This document shows positions 8,702 to 16,413 of a stretch of 32,000 nucleotides of DNA, in pieces; positions within the stretch are counted from its first letter, which is position 1, and the number at the start of each line of letters is the position of its first letter. A model generated the notes under the pieces. It saw nothing but the letters and a program-made list of their open reading frames with translations. It was not told where the DNA came from and searched no databases. The stretch spans positions 480,001 through 512,000 of the forward strand of contig NC_014972.1 in the NCBI RefSeq assembly GCF_000186885.1, in the 5' to 3' direction. The position numbers were made by a program, and so were the translations under genes. Origin of the DNA: Desulfobulbus propionicus DSM 2032. GTDB taxonomy: Bacteria > Desulfobacterota > Desulfobulbia > Desulfobulbales > Desulfobulbaceae.

Positions 8702-9787
8702 TTAAAGTCCCCTAAACCCTGCTTCGTGTTGCGACAGAACCATTTCCCAGTTTCTGAAGTTTCGATAGACATCTTCTGAGATGGGGTAGTCCCAGGAACC
8801 GCTGTTGTGCACGATGCGGCCGCCAAAACCGGTTTTGAACCGATACATTCCATAAAACGAATGGCCGGGATCGTCGCTGGGTGAGATCGCTCCCATATCG
8901 TAGGAGTGACATTGCCGAGCTTGAGCATACAGGATCGCTTTCCAATGCATTGCGTACGGGGCCATGAACTCCCGTTTGTGGTTGGATGAGGCACCGTGAA
9001 GAAACAGAGCTCTTTTCTCCGACAAGGCAATGATTGCCCCAGCGAGGGCATCCCGCTGATGCGTCGCCAACAAGAGAATAATTTCCGGCATGGAGCTTTG
9101 TTTTCCTTTTTCCGAGAATAGAGCGGAAAAATATTGATAATCGCTGGGGTGAAAACCGTTGCGCTGTGCCGTTTGACAATACAACTGGTAAAATATCGGC
9201 AGTTTATCAACCGGGGCGAGCTGCACGCGTACCCCCTTTCGCTCCGCCAGCCTAATATTGTAACGTGTTTTCGGTTTCATGCGCGATAACAGATGGTCCT
9301 CTTCACCATCGAGATCGATGACACAGGTGTTGGCAACCGTCACATCAACCGGTGCTTTCCTGAGATTCCAGCGCGTTGTCCCAAAATTCATTCGCATCTC
9401 CCGAATCCGGGACTCAGGAAAATCCCGCCAGTTCTGCCACTGCATTTCGTTGGCGTACGGTGATTCCCATGGAAGATCGTAACGTATAAAAGTTATGTTC
9501 GCGTCCACCTGTTTTATCACTGATTCCGACAGCGCTTCCAGGTAAGAACCATATTCCTCCTTGGCAGGAACAAATTCCGGTCCTTGGGGCACATAGGCGG
9601 CGACTGCATCGGGTCCAAAGGATTTGACAATCACCAACATGTCTTTGTTGGACCGTGGAGCATCTATTTCAAAGGCATAGGTTTTCCATCCCAGTCGAGT
9701 CTTGACCTCGCTCCAATACCTGCTTTGGAATAAAATGTCAGTCGGGTACAGTTCTTGTGGTGACTTCGGTTCAAGGGTCAGATACAC
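8702..9787 (-). CDS. FemAB / lipid II:glycine glycyltransferase-like (GNAT-fold) protein
   Basis: 361 aa; SRYWSEVKTRLGWKTYAFEI, MKPKTRYNIRLAERKGVRV, GAIIALSEKRALFLHGASSNHKREFMAPYAMHWKAILYARAQGC-like region typical of the FemAB family. GTG start at 9787 with AGGAG 8 nt upstream. Confidence 0.82.
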   Translation of the reverse strand: MYLTLEPKSPQELYPTDILFQSRYWSEVKTRLGWKTYAFEIDAPRSNKDMLVIVKSFGPDAVAAYVPQGPEFVPAKEEYGSYLEALSESVIKQVDANITFIRYDLPWESPYANEMQWQNWRDFPESRIREMRMNFGTTRWNLRKAPVDVTVANTCVIDLDGEEDHLLSRMKPKTRYNIRLAERKGVRVQLAPVDKLPIFYQLYCQTAQRNGFHPSDYQYFSALFSEKGKQSSMPEIILLLATHQRDALAGAIIALSEKRALFLHGASSNHKREFMAPYAMHWKAILYAQARQCHSYDMGAISPSDDPGHSFYGMYRFKTGFGGRIVHNSGSWDYPISEDVYRNFRNWEMVLSQHEAGFRGL

Positions 9788-10624
9788 AACATGTTCTCCT
9801 TAACGTGTTCCCAGTAACATTTGACGGGCCGTCAACTTGCTGACATGATAAAGAAATTGTCTCACTGTTGGATTGCTCGTCATTCGTTACAAAAAATGAA
9901 ATGACAGCGGTAGCCGTACTGCTATCCTGTACGAAATACCGAATGTTCAGCATAAAAAAGAGCGACTCGCTGCTTCTTCCCTTGTTGAATTGTGGGGGGG
10001 ATTCAACAAGGTTAAAGACAAGGAGCCGCTCATCCTGCCTAGTTTTTGCTGGCGAACCAGCAAACGCAACTAGAACTGGAATAGGTGGAAGTTATCGGTA
10101 CAATCAGAGGAAAGTTCCAGCGTAGTTGACGAAGGATTTCCTCTGGCAATGTGTTGTTTCCATATCAGGAAGTTATGTCCCCCTCGGGCCGGGATGCATC
10201 ATATTCTCTTTCAGCCTCTTTCTCGGGCAGTGAGTAGTCGTCCATTGAGGAGGCTTTGTTCTTCCGAAAGCTCATCGATAGATAGAGAGTACAAAGCAAC
10301 TACCATGCCGATACAATCATTCACAAAGGGCTGCCGCCTGGATGGAGAACCTGCGTGGGCGCTTTGCCCATTTCATGGCCAGCGTGGAGTTTAAGGGAGA
10401 CCACCTTCTGGCGAGCGGAGCACATGGCTTAGCGTTAGCCCGATAGGCGGTGGTTATTAACCGGGGAATTTCTGACCAGTGGGCTGTTTCTCCCCATCAG
10501 GCAATTCCTCTTTCCTTGAGAATGGTCGGAGGTGGCAGGTAGATCCCGCCTGAATCCGTGGCGCATCGATTGGATAATCCTGAGTTCGGGGAAAAAAGAA
10601 GAAAAACAATAATAGAAATGTTCA

Positions 10625-11755
10625 ATGCAAGATAAAGTATTGCTGGAAGAACGAGCGAAGTTGATCGAACGGAACAAGGAACTTTCTTGCCTGTATGAAA
10701 TTGCCAAGATCGTTGCTCATACGGAAACCACGGTTGCGCAGGTTTTGCAGGCGATAGTTGACGTGGTGCCTTCGGCATTCCAGTTCCCCAATCAAGTTTA
10801 TGCACGAATCGTCATCGATAACAGGGTATTCATGACTGAAGGATTTTCGGAATCCGATTATGTGATCCGTGACAACCTCCAGATGGCCCGCCCTTCACAC
10901 GGTGTCATAGAGGTTTTTTACCATAGACGGGACGGGGCCGAACTGGAGGGAGAGGATGGATTCTTCCCTGAGGAGCGCAAATTGTTGCAGGCTATAGCCC
11001 ACCAGGTTTCCCTGATGATCAATATCAAGCTGGCCAACGAACAACGATCTCAATTGGAGGATCAACTGCGACATGCTGATCGCCTTGCAAAGGTGGGACA
11101 GTTGACGGCAGGGGTGGCTCATGAGCTCAACGAACCGCTGGCCAGCATTTTGGGGTTCGCCCAGTTGGCGACGAAAAAAATCGACGCGCCGGTCCACGTG
11201 GCCCGCTACCTCGACAAGATCATTCAGTCCACGCTCCACGCCAGGGAAATCATTAAGAAAATGATGTTGTTCAGTAGTCCTGTGCCGAATCACAAGGCCA
11301 AAATAGATCTCAACGCAGTACTTGCCGAGGGGATGGCCTTCATCGAGCCCCGTTTCGCAAAGGTTGACATTCAGTTCAAGTCAACCTTTGATCCAGAACT
11401 GCCACCCATCCTGGCGGATGCATCGCAGATCACTCAAGTATTGATCAACCTCGTGATCAATGCCATCCACGCCATGGACAGCATGGGGACGCTCACCTTG
11501 CGTACAGCCCGTGCTGGCCGGTTGGTGCAGATGGTCGTGCAGGATAATGGCATCGGTATGGACCAACAGACGCTGGAACAAATCTTCCTGCCCTTTTTCA
11601 CCACGAAGGATTTAGATCATGGAACAGGTCTGGGGCTGTCGGTGGTTCACGGGATTGTCTCGGCTCACGATGGCACGATCGACGTGAAGAGCGAGATCGG
11701 GAACGGGACAACCTTTACGATCACTTTTCCAACGTATAAGGGCAAGGACCAGTAG
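10625..11755 (+). CDS. GAF-domain sensor histidine kinase
   Basis: LTAGVAHELNEPLASILG H-box, VLINLVINAIHAM N-box, VQDNGIGM, PFFTTKDLDHGTGLGLSVVHGIV; N-terminal GAF-like region. Confidence 0.92.
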   Translation: MQDKVLLEERAKLIERNKELSCLYEIAKIVAHTETTVAQVLQAIVDVVPSAFQFPNQVYARIVIDNRVFMTEGFSESDYVIRDNLQMARPSHGVIEVFYHRRDGAELEGEDGFFPEERKLLQAIAHQVSLMINIKLANEQRSQLEDQLRHADRLAKVGQLTAGVAHELNEPLASILGFAQLATKKIDAPVHVARYLDKIIQSTLHAREIIKKMMLFSSPVPNHKAKIDLNAVLAEGMAFIEPRFAKVDIQFKSTFDPELPPILADASQITQVLINLVINAIHAMDSMGTLTLRTARAGRLVQMVVQDNGIGMDQQTLEQIFLPFFTTKDLDHGTGLGLSVVHGIVSAHDGTIDVKSEIGNGTTFTITFPTYKGKDQ

Positions 11756-11837
11756 CCCCTCTTCAATGCGGCAGAGCGAGTCCGGTTGTTGACAATCGCT
11801 TGCTGTGCATGAGAGGAACCACCCGGAGGGGAGTGAG

Positions 11838-13205
11838 ATGGAGAGAAAAAAACAAGCGCAACCAAGTCTATTCAGGATCCTCGTCGTCGACGATGCCGAA
11901 GATGCCCGTGAGGTGATTCACACCCATCTCGAGGATGCAGGCTATATGGTGCGGACCTGTGCCAGCGTGGCAGAAGCGTTGCTGGCCGTTGAGTCGTCCG
12001 TTTTTGACATAATCATCACGGACCTGCGCATGCCCAAGGCCAGCGGTCTAGAACTGATTCAACATGTTCGCAACACTCTGGAGGATATCGAGGTCATGAT
12101 GATCACGGGCTATCCATCCATTGAGGGCGCTATCGAAGCCATCAAAACTGGCGCCGAACACTATCTGCCCAAACCCTTCACGGAACGTGAGCTGTTGGAG
12201 GCTGTACGAGCGATTGTTGAAAAGCTGGTCCGCAAACGCCTGGCACATGGCCAATCGATTTCCGGTCAGACGTATGGAATTGTTGGTGAATCAGCTGCAA
12301 TGCAGCATGTGTTCAAACTCATCGATAAGGCTGGCGACAACACGGCAACCGTGCAAATTTCCGGGGAGAGTGGCACGGGTAAAGAGCTCGTGGCGCGCGC
12401 CATCCATTATGTCGGGAAACGTCGATCCTCTCCCTTTGTCTCCGTCAACTGCACGGCAATACCAGAGAACCTGATCGAGAGCGAACTCTTTGGTCATGTG
12501 AAAGGGGCCTTTACCGGAGCTGGAACTGCCCGCAGCGGATTTTTTGAAATAGCTGACGGGGGGACTCTCTTCCTGGATGAGATTGGCGACGCTAGTCTGG
12601 CCATGCAAGGGAAGTTATTACGAGCCATTCAGGAGAAGGCCATTTACAAGGTTGGCTCCAGCAGACCTCTGCACATCGACACCCGTCTGATCTGCGCCAC
12701 CAACAAGAATCTGAAGCAATTGATCGAAAAGGGGTTGTTCAGAGAAGATCTGTATTACCGGATCAACGTGATCGATATTTCTTTGCCTCCCTTAAGGGAA
12801 CGGGAGGATGACTTGTTGCTTTTAATGAATCATTTTCGGGCGAAATTTGCCAAGGACACTGGACGTCCGGCTCCTTTTTTCAGTGATGAAGCATTGCGAC
12901 AGCTGATGCTCTATCACTGGCCGGGAAATGTGCGTGAACTCGAAAATTTAGTGCAAAAACTGGTTCTTATATGCGAGGGGGACACAATTGAGCTGGTGGA
13001 TCTTCCGTCGACGTTGAAGCCCGCTGTCGGCGTGGGCAAGCGATTGGATCGCAGTCTCGCCGAATATGAAGCGGAATATATCCATGAGGTTTTGGGCAGT
13101 GTGCACGGTAATAAAACCAAGGCAGCTGCCATACTTAAAATTGACCGTAAAACGTTGCGAGAAAAAATAAGCAATCGGTATCAAAAAAATGAGATTAAGT
13201 CGTAA
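11838..13205 (+). CDS. NtrC-family sigma54-dependent response regulator
   Basis: Receiver domain (ILVVDDAEDAREVI...IITDLRMPKASG...KPFTERELLEAV), AAA+ with GESGTGKELVARAIH and GAFTGA, Fis-type HTH. ATG 11838 lies inside ORF 11805..13205. Confidence 0.93.
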   Translation: MERKKQAQPSLFRILVVDDAEDAREVIHTHLEDAGYMVRTCASVAEALLAVESSVFDIIITDLRMPKASGLELIQHVRNTLEDIEVMMITGYPSIEGAIEAIKTGAEHYLPKPFTERELLEAVRAIVEKLVRKRLAHGQSISGQTYGIVGESAAMQHVFKLIDKAGDNTATVQISGESGTGKELVARAIHYVGKRRSSPFVSVNCTAIPENLIESELFGHVKGAFTGAGTARSGFFEIADGGTLFLDEIGDASLAMQGKLLRAIQEKAIYKVGSSRPLHIDTRLICATNKNLKQLIEKGLFREDLYYRINVIDISLPPLREREDDLLLLMNHFRAKFAKDTGRPAPFFSDEALRQLMLYHWPGNVRELENLVQKLVLICEGDTIELVDLPSTLKPAVGVGKRLDRSLAEYEAEYIHEVLGSVHGNKTKAAAILKIDRKTLREKISNRYQKNEIKS

Positions 13206-13230
13206 CGAAATAAATGAAGGCAACAAAAAA

Positions 13231-13256
13231 GGGGTTAGAGAGTAATCTCTAACCCC
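13231..13256 (-). terminator. Rho-independent terminator, original host terminator of tRNA-Arg(ACG)
   Basis: GGGGTTAGAGA-GTAA-TCTCTAACCCC, 11-bp perfect stem; A-run on the + strand (cAAAAAA) gives a U-tract on minus-strand transcripts. Confidence 0.8.
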
Positions 13257-13265
13257 TTGAATGTA

Positions 13266-13312
13266 TGGCGCGCCTGGAGAGATTCGAACTCCCGACCTAC
13301 GGATTCGTAGTC
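13266..13312. repeat. attL: 47-bp duplicate of the tRNA-Arg(ACG) 3' end
   Basis: TGGCGCGCCTGGAGAGATTCGAACTCCCGACCTACGGATTCGTAGTC, identical to 20106-20152. Confidence 0.95.
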
Positions 13313-13429
13313 TCTGGGCTGGCCTATTTACCAAGAATAACGAATGATAATTATATTGACTAATCAATATCATAAGCATAAGGTGGAGCATAACGAACGA
13401 TAACGAAAAACACCCAAATTTACCCCAGA

Positions 13430-13471
13430 AGGTAGCACCGAGGTAGCACGGAAACTGCCCATCGGTAGCAC
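13430..13471. promoter_or_regulatory. integrase arm-type-like sites, left end
   Basis: GGTAGCAC at 13431-13438, 13442-13449, 13464-13471 (a fourth inside int at 13543-13550). Confidence 0.55.
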
Positions 13472-13495
13472 CTAATCAAGCCGGGAGGTCCAGAA

Positions 13496-14659
13496 ATGGC
13501 GCGGGAAGAGGTCAACTTCACCAAGGCGGCAATCGAACAGATGGTAGCACCGGAAGGGGGAAATCGCCGGTACATATACGACGCGAAAGAATCCGGCCTG
13601 CTGGTACAGATCACCGAGAGCGGGCGTAAAACCTTCCAACTCTACAAGAAACACATGGGCAAGCCTATTCGTGTGACCATTGGCACCTTCCCAGAATTGA
13701 CCGTGGAGCAGGCCAGGAAGAAGGCACGGGAAATCAAGGTATCGTTGACCAATGGCGAGAACCCGAACGACAAGCTAAAGCAGCAGCGGCAGGAAATGAC
13801 CTTTGCCGACCTGTTTGAGATATACCTTGAACGGCACGCTAAGCCCCGCAAGAAAACATGGCGGGAGGATGAAACCTATTTCAAGCGGCACCTTGCCAGC
13901 TTTGGGAAAAAGCGGCTGTCTACGATCACGAAAGGGGACATTGCCGCGATTCATTCCAGCATCGGCAAAGACAGACCTACCCACGCGAACCGGGTTCTTG
14001 CCCTTGTTTCAAGTATCATCGGCAGGGGGATTGAATACGGCCTTTATGAAAGCCTTAACCCCTGCCGGGGGATCAAGAAGTTTTCCGAGCAGGCGCGGGA
14101 CCGCTTCCTTTCTGGCGATGAACTGGCAAGGTTCTTTCAAGCACTGGAACAGGAGCCCAACAGCACAGCGCGGGACTTCTTCCTTGTCGCCCTGCTGACC
14201 GGTGCCCGGCGGGCAAACGTCCTTTCGATGCGATGGTCTGACCTTGACCTTAAGGGCCAAATATGGCGCATTGCTGAAACCAAGAACGGCACCCCGCAAA
14301 ACGTCCCCCTGGTCGGCCCGGTCCTTGAGATCCTGCAAGACCGCCGGAAAGCCACCTCTTCCTTTTTCGTCTTCCCCGGACCCGGCAAGACCGGCCACCT
14401 CGTTGAACCCAAGAAAGCATGGCAGCGGATATGCCAGGCCGCCGGGATCAAGGGCGCACGCATCCATGACCTACGGCGGACCATGGGAAGCTGGCAGGCC
14501 AAAACCGGCGCATCGTTGCCAATCATCGGCAAGAGCCTGAACCACAAGAGCGCATCCACCACGAGCATCTATGCACGGCTTGACCTTGACCCGGTACGTA
14601 CAGCCATGGAGACGGCGGCAGCGGCCATGCTTGATGCGGGTGGCAGCGGGAAGAAGTAA
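13496..14659 (+). CDS. int: tyrosine recombinase/integrase (P4-type, N-terminal DUF4102-like)
   Basis: 387 aa; catalytic motifs TGARRANVLSMRW, HDLRRTMGSW, STTSIYARL; N-terminal ESGLLVQITESGRKTFQLYKK. Confidence 0.95.
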   Translation: MAREEVNFTKAAIEQMVAPEGGNRRYIYDAKESGLLVQITESGRKTFQLYKKHMGKPIRVTIGTFPELTVEQARKKAREIKVSLTNGENPNDKLKQQRQEMTFADLFEIYLERHAKPRKKTWREDETYFKRHLASFGKKRLSTITKGDIAAIHSSIGKDRPTHANRVLALVSSIIGRGIEYGLYESLNPCRGIKKFSEQARDRFLSGDELARFFQALEQEPNSTARDFFLVALLTGARRANVLSMRWSDLDLKGQIWRIAETKNGTPQNVPLVGPVLEILQDRRKATSSFFVFPGPGKTGHLVEPKKAWQRICQAAGIKGARIHDLRRTMGSWQAKTGASLPIIGKSLNHKSASTTSIYARLDLDPVRTAMETAAAAMLDAGGSGKK

Positions 14660-15100
14660 CGCTTTTGCTTTGCGGGACGACGTTGGCGTCCCCGATGATT
14701 TCCAACTGCAAGTAGGCCCGGCCAAGGCGCACATGCTTGATGCGGGTGGCAGCGGGAAGAAGTAACGCTTTTGCTTTGCGGGACGACGTTGGCGTCCCCG
14801 ATGATTTCCAACTGCAAGTAGGCCCGGCCAAGGCGCACATGCTTGATGCGGGTGGCAGCGGGAAGAAGTAACGCTTTTGCTTTGCGGGACGACGTTGGCG
14901 TCCCCGATGATTTCCAACTGCAAGTAGGCCCGGCCAAGGCGGCCATGCTTGATGCGGGTGGCAGCGGGAAGAAGTAACGCTTTTGCTTTGCGGGACGACG
15001 TTGGCGTCCCCGATGATTTCCAACTGCAAGTAGGCCCGGCCAAGGCGCACATGCTTGATGCGGGTGGCAGCGGGAAGAAGTAACGCTTTTGCTTTGCGGG
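14627..15100. repeat. 106-bp tandem repeat array, 4 full copies plus a 50-bp partial copy
   Basis: ATGCTTGATGCGGGTGGCAGCGGGAAGAAGTAACGCTTTTGCTTTGCGGG... starts at 14627, 14733, 14839, 14945 and 15051 (spacing exactly 106); diverges after 15100. Confidence 0.97.
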
Positions 15101-15180
15101 GATAGAGGGCACTCGACAAGCCGCCTATCCTGGGGCGGTTTCCCCGCGATCTACACCAGGGCGCTACAGGAGCGCAGAGG

Positions 15181-15894
15181 ATGGGATTACCGGAGCCACA
15201 AAGATTTTTCATTGAAGAGTTATGTGCTCGATGGAACAAAACTCCTGAATATGTTCTTGAGCTCGGCATATCTGGAGAACTGATAATCTGGGCAGAATTT
15301 AACGATAAGTTCGCCGTGCCGGAAAGCTATATCCTGCTTTCTGATGAAGAACGAAACAGGAAATACCCCGATATTGAAGATCCATTTATGCTCCCCACAC
15401 GTTTTCTTTTCGATAAAATTGAATCACGGCCAGTAAGAAAAGAGCTTTCACTATTAAGGTTAAATTGTGGAGAGGCAACGGTTAAGCAGGTTCATTGTCT
15501 TCATGGAAGCAAAGATACCCGTATCGCGGTGGCAACCGGTACACCAGAGCCTTTTACCTTTTCACTAAAAAATCTATTTGTTCGCCTTGAAGACGTTGAA
15601 TCGTTCGAGGTGCGGCATGGTCTCACTGGCAATCAGTCTAGAGTGGACCACCAAGGCAGTTTATCTGCGAAGCGGGAAAAAACATTGTTGAAGGTAATCG
15701 GTGCGCTCCTTTCGATGAAATACCAAGCCCCAGCATATTTCAAAGGTGGGAAAGTAAATGCCACGGCTGTAGAGGATCAATTCATGCGTGATCTTGCCGC
15801 AGCCAATTTTACCACTGACGGCATCAAAGAGGGCACGATACGAAAGACCATTATCAAGCAAGCCTTCGAGGCAATAGGGGAAAACAAGGAATAA
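15181..15894 (+). CDS. hypothetical protein of the integrative element
   Basis: 237-aa ORF, ATG with AGGAG upstream; protein-like composition, no family recognised by eye. Confidence 0.72.
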   Translation: MGLPEPQRFFIEELCARWNKTPEYVLELGISGELIIWAEFNDKFAVPESYILLSDEERNRKYPDIEDPFMLPTRFLFDKIESRPVRKELSLLRLNCGEATVKQVHCLHGSKDTRIAVATGTPEPFTFSLKNLFVRLEDVESFEVRHGLTGNQSRVDHQGSLSAKREKTLLKVIGALLSMKYQAPAYFKGGKVNATAVEDQFMRDLAAANFTTDGIKEGTIRKTIIKQAFEAIGENKE

Positions 15895-15951
15895 TAACAG
15901 AAAAATACACTTTTTCGCCGGGCGGTTTCTCAATATTCGTCCACATATACA

Positions 15952-15996
15952 GGCATTTGTCACTTTGGCAAATGCCTTTTCTTTTTGGCAAATGCC
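15952..15996. promoter_or_regulatory. iterated operator-like motif upstream of the AlpA-like gene
   Basis: GGCATTTG (15952-15959) inverted relative to two direct copies of TTTGGCAAATGCC (15964-15976, 15984-15996). Confidence 0.45.
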
Positions 15997-16074
15997 ACTA
16001 TTCAGGAAAAAATAACCGTACTTTCGCCACATGAACGACGGATTACCCGTCAACCTGAACTATGAGGTGAAAGA

Positions 16075-16290
16075 ATGGAACTGATCCAAAAAACGAGAAC
16101 AACAAGCAATCTCCTTCCCCCAGAAGAAGCGGCGGCCATGCTGGGCGTTACCGTCGGCACACTCCAAGTTTGGCGGACCACCCGCCGTTACCCCCTTAAG
16201 TACGTCAAATCCGGTCGGCTTGTCCGTTATCGGCTGGAAGACATTCAAGCGTTCATCGAATCCCGGACCGTTTCCCCTGCGGAGGTCTGA
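16075..16290 (+). CDS. AlpA/excisionase-like helix-turn-helix DNA-binding protein
   Basis: 71 aa: LLPPEEAAAMLGVTVGTLQVWRTTRRYPLKYVKSGRLVRYRLEDIQAFIESR, MerR/AlpA-type HTH_17. Confidence 0.85.
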   Translation: MELIQKTRTTSNLLPPEEAAAMLGVTVGTLQVWRTTRRYPLKYVKSGRLVRYRLEDIQAFIESRTVSPAEV

Positions 16291-16293
16291 ACG

Positions 16294-16413
16294 ATGGCGC
16301 GGAAAAATCGTCAACGTGTCAAAGCCATAATCTTTTGGCTGGGCGTCCGTGGAGTGCTGCCCGTTGCCATAGTTGAGTGGATTATTCGTAAAGGGGGGAT
16401 GAAGCATGATTGA
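16294..16413 (+). CDS. small ORF (39 aa) overlapping the primase start
   Basis: MARKNRQRVKAIIFWLGVRGVLPVAIVEWIIRKGGMKHD*; begins 3 nt after the AlpA-like stop and overlaps the primase ATG (16406). Below the ORF-track length cutoff. Confidence 0.45.
   Translation: MARKNRQRVKAIIFWLGVRGVLPVAIVEWIIRKGGMKHD

Noticed and set aside
10138-10160. Possible sigma54 promoter TGGCAATGTGTTGTT
   Set aside because: The -24/-12 spacing is one base short and the GC of the -12 element is absent; not close to a gene start.
13266-13312. Second tRNA-Arg gene
   Set aside because: Only the 3' 47 nt are present; the sequence departs from tRNA after GTAGTC, so it is the att duplicate rather than a gene.
14627-15100. 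CRISPR array
   Set aside because: The repeat is contiguous at a 106-bp period with no unique spacers and no cas genes.
14471-15269. Minus-strand ORFs of 213 and 248 aa through the repeat array (LQLEIIGDANVVPQSK-type repeats)
   Set aside because: Generated by translating a 106-bp repeat in successive frames; the array has open minus-strand frames by composition, and no start/RBS or known repeat protein is evident. Worth a transcript check only as part of the array finding.
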